From positions 3,648,724-3,712,723 of the forward strand of contig OZ199839.1 in the NCBI GenBank assembly GCA_964304625.1: 64,000 nucleotides of DNA. Reading direction: 5' to 3'. Every line of letters begins with the position of its first letter. Position 1 is the stretch's first letter. This DNA comes from Kudoa neothunni (Eukaryota; Animalia; Cnidaria). Positions 25,900 to 40,133 of this stretch are shown here, piece after piece. The notes beneath the pieces were generated by a model, which was not told the origin of the DNA, made no database searches, and saw only the letters and a program-made list of their open reading frames with translations. A program made the position numbers and the translations under genes.

Positions 25900-27225
25900 T
25901 TAGAACATTGTAAATATACTATCAAATCCATTATAAACACGAGTAACGATGACAAAAATGATAGTTGTCACAACAACATACCACCTGAACAGACTGCTGC
26001 TGTAGAGAGCAAACAATGTGGTGAAAATAAGCCCAAAGTAAAGAAGCACAACAAAAAATCTGGATTTATATTTTTTCGGAGGATTTCTAACAGGGGGTTT
26101 GCCAGGATAGTGACCATGCGTGTAGAAATGATCTAGAAGTTGATCTTTCTCATACCATAGTTTTTTTAACCATTCGTTCAGTTTATTATCGTCATGAGGA
26201 AGACTTTCCGCTGGATATCGACGAATAAGAATATGAGCTTCTGTAGGAAGTTTTCCCTGAAAAACTTCGGTTCTATGAGGGACATAAATTAAAATGATTG
26301 CATCGCACACACAAACTTACTCGTAGAAACAACCCAAACCTTTATATGCTATTGTAATATCATGTACAGCCTCAAAACATCCATCATTGTTTCGGTCTTT
26401 ACGAAGTTTATTGAAAATATAGGTGAAGCCAGTGGTTCTTGGATGGAGCACATGTTTAAGTGATGGAAGATTGTTTTTCTCAGCGTATCTATTGCTGGAT
26501 CTGATACTATTATCAGAGAAATAGGTTCCCTCACAAAAAAGTAAGAGCTGCAATCGATATTTTGCCTTTAGGATAAATTGTACAAATTTTTGGATGTAGG
26601 CGTTGTCTTCTCCCCATTTTCTTCGCAGGAAAACATAGATATTATTTTGAAGTCCCCAACCTACAAACAAAAGTTTTAGATATCAATAAATAAAAATGAG
26701 CGAGTTTCTCCGCATTTATGAAAGATTCTACCTGCTCCAGGAACTGATTTCAACTCGTGCTTCAGGACTATTTTAACTCGCGATAATCGATAATATTTCT
26801 CAGCTACATTAGTGAAATACAACCAATCAATACATCCTCTATGGTTTGACACCACCAAACAATTCTCTTTGCGGTTGAAATCATCCCCATATATAAAATA
26901 TTTGGTACCAATCCAATGCTCTAAAAATCGATCGATAATAGCATTAACATAAATCAACGTAAAACTATAGCTATAGTCTTACCAATGCATGTCTAAAAAG
27001 AACAATTTTAAAGTAACTCAACAACTAACTAGAAGATACGTTTGTTAATTTGATAAATGACTTGGTCACGTAGTCCATTATGAAACGAACAGTCTCTTTA
27101 AATATAAAACATAACGGTATCAATGGTGCCATTGCTAAATACACACCGCATTGAAGTGAAAAAAATAGAAAAACCAGAACCAGAGTATTCTTTATGCTAC
27201 CACGAACCACTTCATTCTTAAACAT
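25900..27225 (-). CDS. LCLAT1: Lysocardiolipin/lysophospholipid acyltransferase (AGPAT/PlsC family), multi-exon
   Basis: NHRGCIDW (NHX4D), LKSVPGAGWGLQ, YVFLRRKW, LLLFCEGT, VLHPRTTGF, AVHDITIAY, WYEKDQLL, with terminal hydrophobic helices. Confidence 0.88.
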
Positions 27226-27637
27226 TTTAAATCCTACCAACAAACGGATTAATGCAACTCGGTGGCCAGTAAATCAATTAAGATCACACAAGTCAATAGT
27301 TTTGCCACCTCGTTTCTACTAATCTTATTGTGCAAAACGCTAGAAGATACTATTTAACGGGCATGTCATCTTCGACAGCTATCTCACTCCCAAAATTTAT
27401 ACCCTGTTATCAGTTTGTTTATTATGAAATCATATGATTATTAATCTTCCAAGCGATCTGCACCTGTTATGTCACGTCAGCGGGCTTTGTCGGTAGATTA
27501 TGATTCAATATAAACGGAGGTTGACGTGTCATCAATTAAAGTCTGGCTAGCTGCTTGATAGCTGCGACTAGAATTCATTCACACTACCGATTCAAAACTA
27601 TTCAATACAGTAAACAATTTTAAGCAGGCGCTCGTCC

Positions 27638-28216
27638 ATGAACTCCTTGTGCAATAAAATGGCGCCGGCACATTTCAATCGATTAAATATATCCAATCCG
27701 ATTGAAAAAATTAGGGTTTCGTGTATAAACCAAAATAATGTATAACTATACATGTGAGCATTATGTAAATTTATAATTGACTCCAACTTCAAAGTTGTGA
27801 CACCTCTTGGTCGATGTGTTGACATAGTATCGCCCTCGAAAAGGACCATCTTTTGCAGCAGACAACATTCTACTTTTTCAGACTGTTTTGTTGATCCCAG
27901 AAGAAGAAAATGCTCTTCTTGGAAAATCATTACGTCACTCAGAGATAATTAATGTAGTGATACAGGGCCAAGGACGGAAGGCTCAGTGGTTTGGTGATTG
28001 GAGTCAATACCCGGAAATATTGAATCCGATCCCTTCTATTGATAGGTTTGCTGTTACCGTACGAATGTGTCTCTATCATGCAATGGGAATTGTTGTTAGG
28101 GTGCAATTGCACTTTAAGTTTAAAATAATCTACAGCTACAGTTCGATCTAGCAGAGGAGGCTGAATTAGACGTTTTAATCGTTTATCTAGCATTAACACG
28201 CTTGAAATCTCCGTAG
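27638..28216 (+). CDS. Putative spliced orphan gene of about 150 aa, head-to-head with the acyltransferase
   Basis: GC-elevated segment. Open stretches (LCKFIIDSNFKVVTPLGRCVDI | TVLLIPEEENALLGK...AMGIVVR | LQFDLAEEAELDVLIVYLALTRLKSP*) join in phase through short GT-AG introns. The first intron needs a weak GAG acceptor. No family recognised. Confidence 0.4.
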
Positions 28217-30398
28217 AATCAGGTCCTTATGGATTTATGTATAGGGTTCGAGGTGGTGGTTGATCGGAAACGGGGATGTTTAGTTGGTTAAACTAACGCA
28301 GCAAGACAAGGGGATAGATGCTACTTATCCTGCAGTGCCTACAGCGTTCATGGGGTTGGCCTAAGTAATTCTAACTCCATAACCTATTAAGTTGTGTTGG
28401 GGGGTTTACTTTGTAAACAAACAAAAATGTTAAGTGATTATTATTAGGTGCCTATCATAGTTTTGTTACGATTATATTGGTGTTATAAGTTTACAGATTG
28501 TGTATGGAACCTTGTCCATTCCAAAAAAGTAGCTTTTTGCTAAGAACAGATGAGGGCCCAATTTTAAATGATTAAGAGCGTTATCCACCTTAAATCTGAA
28601 GTAAAATTTACCAACGGATAAATAGGACAATTGTGGAGCTAACTTTGTGATTTCGAACTGAAAAATGACGGTTAATCATTTAATAACGCCTACTTATAAA
28701 AACATGAACTAAAATGTATTAAATTATACAATCGAGTATTTTTTGCGAGAAAAAAAAAGATATGAATATTTAAATAATCTATAAGTTACTATAATACAAT
28801 GTTAGAAAAAAATTAAACTAATGATTAGAATTTTTAAATGAATGTAACAAAATTTAGATGATGAAAATTTATTCATTTAATCAGTAATAGATGATTTTTA
28901 GCTTTAAGTAAATAAAAAATTAAATTAGGCGTGTATTACGTCATTTTTTAAAGTTTTCAAAATTTAACCAATTAAATGCAACATCAAATTAAAATAATAA
29001 ATAGAAAAAATTAGTAATAATTTTAGAATATTTTGTAATAATTGTGAAATTTAAATAAAACAGAAAAACTCAACTAGCACTCTCAAATTGAAACTGATAA
29101 TCTAAATAAGTAGAACAATTTGTTGGCATAATTTTTATTTTTACAATTGGATATTTTTTAATAAAATTAACTAAGAAATTTTCTCCTAATATTTGTAAAG
29201 ATTTAAAATAGTGCCTAATTAGAAATTGTTGTTGTTTGGAATAGGTTCAAAAACATAATGGTATTATTATAATATGAAGTAGTTTTGTGAATAGGTCCAA
29301 AAATATATGAATTAAATTGGTTATTTTATAATTTGTTGTTCAAAAATTGTTCACGAATGTATGGATTTATAAATGATATAATCTTGTATTTTGTGTAAGG
29401 TACATTTATTTATTTTAATTGTTTTCAACCTCAAAGAAGTGCATGATTCATTCCTAATAAAAAGAAAACGAATGTTATTATTATGATCACTATCATAGTA
29501 GAGATTATGAGAGCATCCAAATGTATACGAGTCTTAATTATTCCAGAGTTAAACATTATTTTTTGAATTTTTATTTCATTATCTGTATCTGTTCTATAAA
29601 AAATAAGGTATAAAACTAACGGAGATAAATTCGACTATTATGGTGATTTTTTGAATCCGAAAAAGTTCGACTCTATTAAATAAAATCCATGCTTGATACG
29701 GCAATCATATTTACTGGCGTAGTGATTAGTTGTAGTAAATATAGATATATCAATTTTAATACACATTCACATTGTTTCATATAATTTTTTATTATTAAAA
29801 AATCATATTATTCATTTATTCGGAGAGGTTAACAGATTTAACTCAAAATCGACAAAAAGAGTCATCTTTACTAGATTTTTAATTCTTACTGTGCTCAGAA
29901 AGAATAATGAAACATAAAATAATTCTTGTTTGCTATTAACATATTTTTACATCGTAATTTAATAGAAATAACCGTTAAATAAATTTTGTTTGGAGATTCT
30001 AATGCTGGTCTTCAGCATTAATATTTTAGTAACAGCTGTAATTGCATAAAAACAATATAAAATATATTTAAATGAAAAAATAGACAACTTCAAAAACTAA
30101 ATCTGGATGAAAATAATTATGACGAATCTTTCTTTTTCAGCATACACTAACAAAAGAAAAGATTTCGTATAAATCCATAAATAAAAGTTAGTGACTCAGT
30201 AATATAAGACCTATATTTAAATTTTTCCGTTAGTGAAACTCGAATAGAGCTTTCTTTAGTAAAACTCCAAAAGCACATACGATTAGTATAAATTTCTCCC
30301 ATAAATGACATAATTAGACATATTCATTAATATTAGACCATTAAATTAAGATCCTTAAACATATTTTAATTAATAATTTATTGTTATGTAACGTTTAA

Positions 30399-31477
30399 CC
30401 CTACCGGTACTGACTGGGGTATTGCAAGATCCAAATTTGATTATTTTGTTTCTAAATTGATGTATTTTTGGTTATTTACTTATAAAATTCACAAGTTCCC
30501 ATATTAAATGCATTTTTATCTGAAAATAAAATTTATGATTTTGTTGACTAAAGATTTATGCATAAAATAAGATATAGTTTTTCTAATTTCATTAATTATT
30601 TGTTGTATTATTTTTTAAACCTCATATTTATTTTAAATATTATTTTCTCTCGCCATTATCTACATTTTTGATTTAAACAAAAATGCGAGCCGTGAAAAGC
30701 AATATTTATTTTTGAATATAATCTAATATGGATTAGCGATAATTAATCCGACTAATGATTCCATTTGTTTTCGCTTTAGCACATTAGAGCAATAACATTT
30801 ATCATAATTTTGTTGCTTTTCTTGAATTTTTACATGAGTCCTGACAACAATTACAAAGATTTAGAAAGTTCTGTAATTGTTGGTATAAGAGTTGTAACCA
30901 AAGCCAAAAAATGCGCGATCAACAATAGAGTGATATGGTCCCATCGTCTGTTAAGCTACAACTTGCATGGTTGAATCCCAATCGCGTCCATTCGTTATAT
31001 CTATCTAAAAATAAATATCATCATTAAATATTATATGCCTTTTCGTTTCATAGAATATCGATTCACTTGATAATAACACTAATCCTGAATTTTCTGATAT
31101 CACCGACTGTTACCGAGTAAATGTCTACAAATTGATGAATGTATCTGGAGTTTGCTGCTTAAATGTTCATTCATCCTAGGTTTTCAGTCTATTTGGTTAT
31201 GAAAATCAACAATATTGATTGTTTAAGGAGAGTGAATTATAATGTTGTACTTTTAGTTTAACATTATACCAATAAAGTTGCGGATAAATAAATTCATGTA
31301 AATCATTCCAGAACCGATAATGCTCTATGTATTTGCTATAGAATTGTTAAGTTAGGTGTATTATTTATATTATATGAAATTGAGATAAACTGATTAGGCT
31401 TAAAGCATATTTTATCTGGGGTCAAGAAATACTCTTAATGCACACGCGTTTTACTTCGGAGGTTAGTACAGGGAAGG
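30399..31477. mobile_element. Non-autonomous/decayed piggyBac element
   Basis: TTAA|ccctaccggtactga ... ttagtacagggaagg|TTAA, with subterminal ctggggt repeats. The minus strand has RRW and Cys-rich remnants. Confidence 0.7.
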
Positions 31478-32353
31478 TTAATTAAAGTATTATTATCTAC
31501 AAAACAACTTATAATGTATATGTTGATAGCATATTTCGGGAAATTAAATATTGAAGATAAACCTGAATGAAATTTTTAGTTTAAAAAATAAATACAGCAA
31601 AAAATAGGGTTTCTATTTGTTACTGAGTTAATCCCTTAATAGAGAAACTTCATTTCCAAATCAATAAGAATAGTAAGTATATAATTTAAACTTGTAAAAT
31701 TCTAATAACATAATGTGATTATTTAAATAATGAGAATAAATCAGCTTTCTCAAAATCGGTCGTAATTAATTGATGGAAGAAGTAGTACAGATTTAAGACA
31801 AAAATTAATACAATCCCTGTAAAATTCTGCAAAAAATAAGACCTATAAATTTGAATTAGTCCATAATTACCAAAATGTTAGAGGACATGGTATTTAATAC
31901 GAATTTGAATATTGGTGTGAAAGGGCTGACTGGTTAACGTATCTTTTGCGCGCCCCAAATAAAACTTAATTTTAATAGTTCCAAAAATTTACGTAATTAT
32001 AAAAATATATTTAAATTGTTATATTCAGAATTTATTTCAATAAACTTGCCAACGGTATAGATGAATACGAAATAATCTGATGGAATTAGGGAGTAACTAT
32101 TTTCGTTTGAATTCAAATTTTGTCGGATATAAACCACGAAAATAAACTTGTTAATTTAGGTCTCATACAAAACATAGCATGTTTTTTATGTAAGGAGTTA
32201 TAAAAATATAAATATAAAAATAGGCTATCAAGTATTAAATGCGGGGATCGCAATATAAATGAGCTAAGATTAGTATAAGTAGGATTAATTCTTCCGATTG
32301 TTAAGAGCTGCTGGTAAGTGCCGTAAATCAGCCACAAAATCCCAACAAACACC

Positions 32354-32877
32354 ATGAAAACATCCGAATCTTCGCAAGAATTTGATGAAATATTTTCTGT
32401 GTTTCAGTTCGAAGAAAATAAGGTCAAGAATGAAGAAGTATACAATATATTGAGGCTGTCTGGATACTTCCCTTCCAACAAAGAAGCATCCGATGTTATC
32501 AAAAAGCTGGACCCATCAAGTATGTGCAATTTACCATATTAATTGGTTGATTGGTTTCATTTATTTTCAAATATATCGTTTAAATATTTGAATGCATATT
32601 AGATGCTGGTTATGTGGAACGTTCTGTTCTAAAGGATGCACTTAGTGGTTTACAATTCAAGTTAAAGGCTCCTCTTGATGTCGAAGGAATGCTTTCTTTC
32701 CTTTCAAAAGATGGAAAAATTTCCGAAAGAGAGCTTAGTACTGCCTTAACATGCATCGGCGAAGTTATTCCTAAGGTGGAAATTGATACACTTCTCAAAG
32801 ACCTCACTTCTCAATATGGTGAACACATGCCAATTGGCGTGATAGCGGAAGTTCTCAACCCTAAAGATTTTGTTTAA
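32354..32877 (+). CDS. Calmodulin-superfamily EF-hand protein, myosin light chain-like, two exons
   Basis: EFDEIFSVF, ILRLSGYFPSNKE, KDGKISERELSTALTCIGEVIPKVEIDTLL. Intron 32520-32602 joins the ORFs in frame. The Ca-binding loops are degenerate. Confidence 0.85.
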
Positions 32878-33074
32878 ATTAATTTTGTTCGTTGTTGATA
32901 CCATGATTAAAATTATGAATGTTGCAGTTTTCACTTTATTTTGTGGACATTGACAAGACTTTTTTTCTAAGATAGATATTATTGCACGAGTTGTAGAATA
33001 TTTTGTTGAGATTGCTCATTAAATTATGTTTTATTGTATATACATGAGGTTGTTTGTTTCCTAAATAGATTAGA

Positions 33075-34422
33075 CCCTCCCGGTCCAAATTGAGGTCCAT
33101 TAGGGACCCCAATTTCATTATTTTTCGCGTTACTCTGAAAGTGAATTATTGATTTCTTAACTATCCTAGGGACGCTTCTATAAGGTTAAAAAGTTTGTTT
33201 AAAAACTATAATTTTTTTCTAATTTAAAAAATACGCCTTAGAGATTATACTTATTTCATAATCCGAATATTTACTTATATAGAATTCCAAGCAAAATGGT
33301 TCATTATATACATATTAGTCTATTTTACTAATTTCTATTTATAAATTTCGTTTAATTGATTTTGAAGCCGTATACACGTATGGTTTATATATACCTAGAC
33401 CTAATAGGAGATTAGCGAAAGTTAATCCGTACCCCGCTTCATGGTTGGTGGGCTTTTATTTCTCTAAAGGATCTCTGTTTACCAACAATAAACTAGCCCA
33501 TGATTCATTATATGCGATACAACTATTAGAATATTCGTGTATTATCTGGGGATTTCATAATTTTTATTCGGTGTAATATAAATTGATAGAGTATAAAGTA
33601 TTTGGAAAATAATTGTTCTAATGCAAATTTATTAAAATAAGCAATGGGACCTATAAATAATTTTTAAAAATAGTCAGAAATAATGGCTAATAATATTTGT
33701 ATTGAGTATATAATTGTAGGTAAGACATCGTGTGTTTATTAATTATTGATATCGTCGTGTACGTGCTACGAATTATTAGCATAGAAACATTAAATGTATG
33801 TTCCAGCAGTTTTACAAGTACGGAGAAAAAATATTTAAACAACTTAGGTTCCCCCAGCATAAATTTTTTAATGTAATCATACTAACTCTTAAATATGCAA
33901 ATAAGTTAAAAAAAGTTCGTAAAAATGCAAGGGGATGTAGTATTTAAAAATGTAAATAAATTACTAAGAAATGCACCTTTATAATTTTTTTATTTTACTT
34001 TCTATGAAAACTCAGAGTAAACTGCATGCGCGGCTACATATACTACTTTCGATACAGTCCGATAATTTCTACAAAACGGCACTTAATTGGACCTATGTTT
34101 GATCATCATCTATTAATTTTTTATAGAACCTAGTCGGATAAATTAGATATTTATTTCATTTAGACATCTTTGAAGCCTTAAGTGCCGAAATTTATGGGCT
34201 GATTTCTTCACGTTGGTCCGACGCAATAAGTTCATCTTGGTCTCATATCAGCATTTTAAGCTACAGGAGAGAACTAGATTTTGTTTCGTATACTTATAAA
34301 TGTCTTTAAATAACATAACGTTAGTTTTGTAATAATTGATAGCATTTAAGACCGATTTAAATGGGTGCCAAATGGATCATATCGGCACACGCGTAATTTT
34401 TTCGCAATCAGTACGAGTAGAG
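33075..34422. mobile_element. Possible older piggyBac-type element related to 30399-31477
   Basis: Ends resemble that element (ccctcccggtcc...; cacacgcgt...cagtacgagtagag|TTAA). The left TTAA is degenerate. Confidence 0.35.
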
Positions 34423-35171
34423 TTAAAATAAACTTTATCTTCTGACTTCTTAATGTATATAACTAAATTTCTACTTGTATATTTATTATTGCTCATTAAT
34501 TAATATATTATTTATCAAATGAAAGTCTTTTTTTAATTATTCTACAATTTATGGTTCTAAATTATTCAATACTCATTGTCATGTAAACTGTGAGTTATTG
34601 TATCAATTAATTATGTAAATCAGTATAGCTTTAATTTTTTCACAATTTTGAAATAATAATTTAAACTTAATGGTATTTAAATTTATCTTAAAAACGCTAT
34701 TTAAGACATGTTTAAAATAGGAAGTTCAACTTACGTTATCATATAATTCAATAAAATAATAAGAATAAATTACAATATTAAGTCATCGTTTGTCATAGGA
34801 TTAAACAATTTATGAAATTATCGTATAAAAAATTTATGTTGGGATACATTGGCTGATAGTTATGTTGTAATGAATTATTATTATAAACTTGGAATTATAA
34901 AATTTATTGGTTAACGACTAATTTTATGTTAATTTTTATATGACTATATTATTTGTTTATTGTTGTATATTTATCATTTTTATCAAAACTAAGATTTTCT
35001 CTCTATCCGAATTGATAAATATTTGTATATGGAAATATTTTTATGGAAAACATTGTACGTATTTATTTTTTCGTGATTTTGCATTATTCATAAAATTATA
35101 AACGATTAAAAATATCTATCCGTCTCGTATTCAAGAATGGATAATACTACTTGTTAACCTATTCATCTAAG

Positions 35172-35178
35172 TATAAAT
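35172..35178 (+). promoter_or_regulatory. Candidate TATA box of Kunitz gene A
   Basis: TATAAAT lies within an upstream block (ataatact..tattcat..tataaat..ctatta.ttatt.a.cga) conserved in front of paralogue B. Confidence 0.4.
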
Positions 35179-35244
35179 CTGCCTATTAGTTATTTAACGA
35201 AGACTCTTTATCGTATAACAAGAATCTATTGCTTAAAACGAAAA

Positions 35245-36708
35245 ATGATATTTATTCTAACGCTGATTACTATCGGCATCAACAATTTTAATATTAATGC
35301 AGGTATAAATTTTTCAGCTATCGTATTTAATATTTTAGTAGAACCTGCTCTCAACTCATATGCTAAAGATACTGGAGAGTTCAAGGAGGGAGAAAATATC
35401 AACAATGAACTCACAAGATGGTTTATCAATACCGAAACAAATGAATGTGAAACTTTCCAATACAGAGGAACCAAAGGAAATTTTAACAATTTTCGAACAA
35501 AGATAGAATGCAAACGACACTGTAAAGTTTTCTTTAAAATAATTTAGTTGAATTATTTTAGTCGAAAATCCTGTTTCAGACAAAATTGAGGGTTGTCAAG
35601 ATACTCCAAAATCGGAGGGGAATTGTAATACTCTTAAAAAGGACGAACTGAAAGAGGACAAATGGTCTTGGAATCCAGCCAACGGGGAATGTGAAAACTT
35701 TAAATACTCTGGATGTGGAGGGAATAGGAACAGATATGACTCCCAAAATGAATGTGAAGCATTTTGCTACAGTAAGTTTATTGAATGTAAATATACTTTA
35801 TTACTAATCTCCGGCCTTTAGATGAAGAAGAGCATTATGGAAAACCCACTGGCACTAGCCTAACATTAGACGCGGAGAAAAAAGCACAATACATCATTCC
35901 TAATTATCATGATTGTCATTTGAAACCAGATTTACAGACAGAGACCGTTGAGATAAAAGCAATCGCATTGATTGACACTAGACAATGTGTGTATGCAGCG
36001 GCAGGATCAAGCGTGAAAGGGAAAAAGATAAGAGGAGCATTCGATAATATTAATGAGTGCATCAAAAAATGCTTTCGTAATTATTTTATTTGTTCTAAAA
36101 ATAATTTTTAAATAGCTCTTGAGTATGATTTTACAGAAACAGATAAAATAAAAAAAATGCAACAAAAAATACCAGCATGTAGTAGAGTTCAACCAGATCA
36201 ATATGAAAAACCAACTGAAGGTGCCCCTAAACCAGAAATTCGATTTTATTACGATCACAGCGACAAAGGCTGTACACGATTTGAGAGTTGGCCTGGTAAA
36301 TTCAACCCTACTAAAAACAATTTCCCTTCAGCCGAAATATGCGAAAGTTACTGTGGATGGGGTAAAATAGAAACTTTGGTTAAATTTAATGTTAATGAAA
36401 TAGAAAAACCGACAGAAACTAATCCCATTGAAAGAGAGCCGGTTTGTTTTTTGCCAAAAGCCGGAGAATTTAGTGAATCTGATAATATTAATGGGAACCT
36501 CAAAGTTAAAAGGTGGTATTTTGATAGTTCCGAAGAAAATTTTAAATGCAGATCCTTTTTGTTCGGTGGCCTTAATGGAAATAGCAATAACTTTAAATCA
36601 AAAGATGCTTGCAAAAACATTTGCTGGACTAACATGGATGTTGACGAGAATGCATTCAATGCTGAAGATGCAAATAGTACTATTGAGGATGACCAGTCAT
36701 CGTCATAA
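35245..36708 (+). CDS. Secreted protein with five Kunitz/BPTI-like domains (copy A), six exons
   Basis: Hydrophobic signal exon. Domains carry RW(F/Y), CxxFxYxG, GNxNNFxxxxxCxxxC motifs. D2 is canonical with six Cys. All introns are phase 1, with one domain per exon. Confidence 0.92.
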
Positions 36709-39700
36709 GAATAGAATCATAATCATTTTTGTAAACACACTTTACTGATAACCGTATATTGTAGGTTAGAGTAGATGAAAAAATTTACATATACGATTCA
36801 AATGTGTTATTTTGATATTGTTTTTACGTACTGCTTTTGTATTAACCGCCCATTGATGAATTTTTTGTATTATTGGTTAGGACCTAAGGTTAATATCAAA
36901 AATTATGGTTTTCTGCCATAATAAATCACCAAAAATTATTTGATCTCAACCAAATTTATAAAAGAGGTCATTCAAAATGCAATATTAACCGAAAAGTGAA
37001 ACACTGAGGAAAAAGAGCAATACATGTTCTTTTCATTGCATAAGAACAATTTTTTATCATATTAAAATTCTTTCTATATACATATTAGAATATGAGAATA
37101 ATATTTCATTTAGTTGGCAGAAAATTGGTAAATATATCCATGTAACTAAATGCCACAAGTCTTCAAGAATCGATATCCTCTCCCCATTTCATCATTAAGA
37201 CATCGGTAAAAAGAAATAATTTTTTCCACGTCATAGATTAACTAATGAAATATCAAATATTTAAAATTTAAGCCAGCAGTTGTTTACAAATATTAGATAT
37301 TCTATAAATTCTTTAATTCTCTCATTCTTAATTATCTACTATCATTTTAAATTATATAATCTTAAAACTAGAGAATATTTGTCGAAGAAATAAAATAAAA
37401 ATATTACTATCATGCTCTTAATTCGTGTTTCCTTAAAAATGGTATCCAAATAGGACCTAAACAAGTATACGTCGTTTTCTGTACACTAAATACTAGACAA
37501 TAAATTAATTTCAATTAAAATTTTTAAAACTAATAGAATATGAAACCAAAATTATTTATCATTAATTTTACAGAGAAGAATTAAATAATAGAAATCTATG
37601 ATGTCGAACTATGATAAACCTAGCTTATTAATAGACCGCTTAATATAATGATAGTTCTATAAATTTGTTCTCCAGGACTCTTACGGTCGCCAAAAAATCA
37701 CAAGCTTTTATAATGAGTTCAAATAAAATAAATACCAACCTATTTAGAAATAATAAATCAAGTTGTTTTGTTAAGAAACTTTAACATTTTCATGTATACA
37801 ACGAGAGTTACATTCCTTCGTGAAATATTTTAAACTGCTCCAAATAATTTATAACATCAATCGAAATGAAGTAAATAAATGAAGGTTAAAATTATTTCTT
37901 GGTTTTACCTGGGATACATTTGTTGGTTGCTGCTTCCACCGAAATCTACTCACCACATATTTTACTTTTTTCAAGCGAATCAATTTTTGTAGTTGAAAAA
38001 TTAAATTTATTTCTTGAATGTTCATAAATATGGAAAATGTGCTATCCTGAGTGATTATGTATAACAATAAACTAATTAATACCATATAAATGATTAAATA
38101 GGGAATAACTGTCTCAATATTTTCTAAAGAATTCCTTATTTTATTAGCTAAAAGTATTATTTAGAAGTAATAAAAACTTAGCTCTTTTTTTAAATTGAAG
38201 CGTTGTTTTTGCTCATACATTCATGTATTTAACATTCACTATTTTTATAGACAAATAGTTTTTAACATACGTTTCGTTATTATTTGAAAGATACAATTTA
38301 TTAATTGAGATATTACAATAGTTTCACATAGATAAAATGAATAATCTCCAATTTCATTTTATCGTAAATTTTGGAAATGTGTTGCCAACAAATTAAGGTA
38401 AAAACACTAAAATTTTTAGCACTATTCTGAGGTGATTTCCATCGATAGGTGTTTGTAAACTAAGGAGTATTTTATAAAAGAAATAATAATTAAGATTAAT
38501 ATTTATATTAGTAATTAAACAAGTTCATTTGAACTTTATAAGATTTTTGTTGAATTTTAAATTTTTGGCATTTCAAAAGCATTGATCTTTTAGTCGTCAT
38601 ACAACTATTGTATGTATTTTAATGTTAAGTATTCTGGTTGGATCTTACGTTGGAGCATCCCATATTAAAATTAGTAACATAAGAATTAAAATTTTAAGTA
38701 GAGTTAAAATTTTTCTGCCTTTAATTTTGTGAAAATACTGGCTGAAATGTAACATTTTGGTCCAAGGTTATAAGCTGAGAAAAATATAAATAATTGTAGA
38801 AGAATGACAAAATTTTGCATAAATTTATACTACCTTTGTTTCTAAAAAATAAAATAATTTCTTATATCTATTGGTTCATCACATCTAGAATCAGCTTTTA
38901 ATCCATTTACCTTTTTTTATTGATTCAAAAATATAATTTTAAGAAAATAATTTGATTTAAATATTTATATAGAATAAAATGCATCGAATATAATATCTCG
39001 TATAGGAAGTTAGCTCTTATTTTTCTCCAAAAAGGTTCTATATAGATTTATGGATGGAAAAAATTCCAATAAGTCTACTTGGTTTATAAAATTAAGTTGA
39101 GCATATAAATGAAATTCAATAATTCATCTAGAGGTTAGACTTTGTTCACTATCGGTATTACACTAAGTATTTGTCCAGGCTTTGATACGTGAATGATTGA
39201 ATGATTTTATTTTCCAAACTATTATAATTTTTCCAAAGTTATTTTTAGTTTTCTGAATTTTACCAACAAAATTAAAATAATTACAGTTCCTACGGCAAAA
39301 GGGGAATTCATCCTTTTATTTGGATTATGATGTTACGTGATCGACGGCAAAATATAAGTAGATCAATAACTTTAAATAAACACTATGTTTTATAAGATGA
39401 ATTGTAATATATATTAAAATATATTTAGAAAAATATTAATTATTTTCCATTTTAAATTTTTTCCAAAAATTTAAATTTATCTCCTAATATTTCAAATTAT
39501 TATAAAATAAACTTTATTTTAAAGATGTTAAAATGAATATAAAATATTTGTAGAGTTTTCAACAAAAGAATAGTTTGTGTATATGCAACCATTACCGTAA
39601 ATTATATACTCAAATACGTGTATTCTAACTAAGAGATTTTTTATTACAATAACCTATATTGAAATATGTTAAAAATTTTTAAATTTCATAACAATAATTT

Positions 39701-40102
39701 ATAAACTTTTTTAATGCGGCTGCATTTAAAATTTTGTATTGGCCCTACTTTATATTTAATGAGGATAGTCTAGAATTAATATTTCAACATGATTTGAATA
39801 AAATATATTGGAAGAAAAATTCAAAATTTAAAATTATACTTTAATTAATAAAAATAATATTTTATACTCTAAATTTCACATTCTATGCTTAATTTCAATT
39901 GATCTCATTGATATAGCATGTTGGCTTAAAAACATATATACCGATAAAAAATACAATTGCTACGCCTAATAAATAACTCTTATTTAAATTTGCAATCGTA
40001 TTAAATATTTTATCGCAAAAATGGGGGTTTTAAACAAAATAATCAATTAATAAATAGAATAGGCTTTTTCGTAAGAAATTATCAAATTTGATATCGCTAT
40101 AA

Positions 40103-40133
<31 letters not shown>

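Noticed and set aside
27705-28250. TTAGGG-like words suggesting a telomerase RNA template or telomeric repeat
   Set aside because: Isolated single hexamers with no 1.5-repeat template or array.
35521-35523. Apparent unpaired sixth cysteine in Kunitz D1
   Set aside because: TGT spans the splice donor, and the spliced codon is TTC (Phe) in both paralogues.
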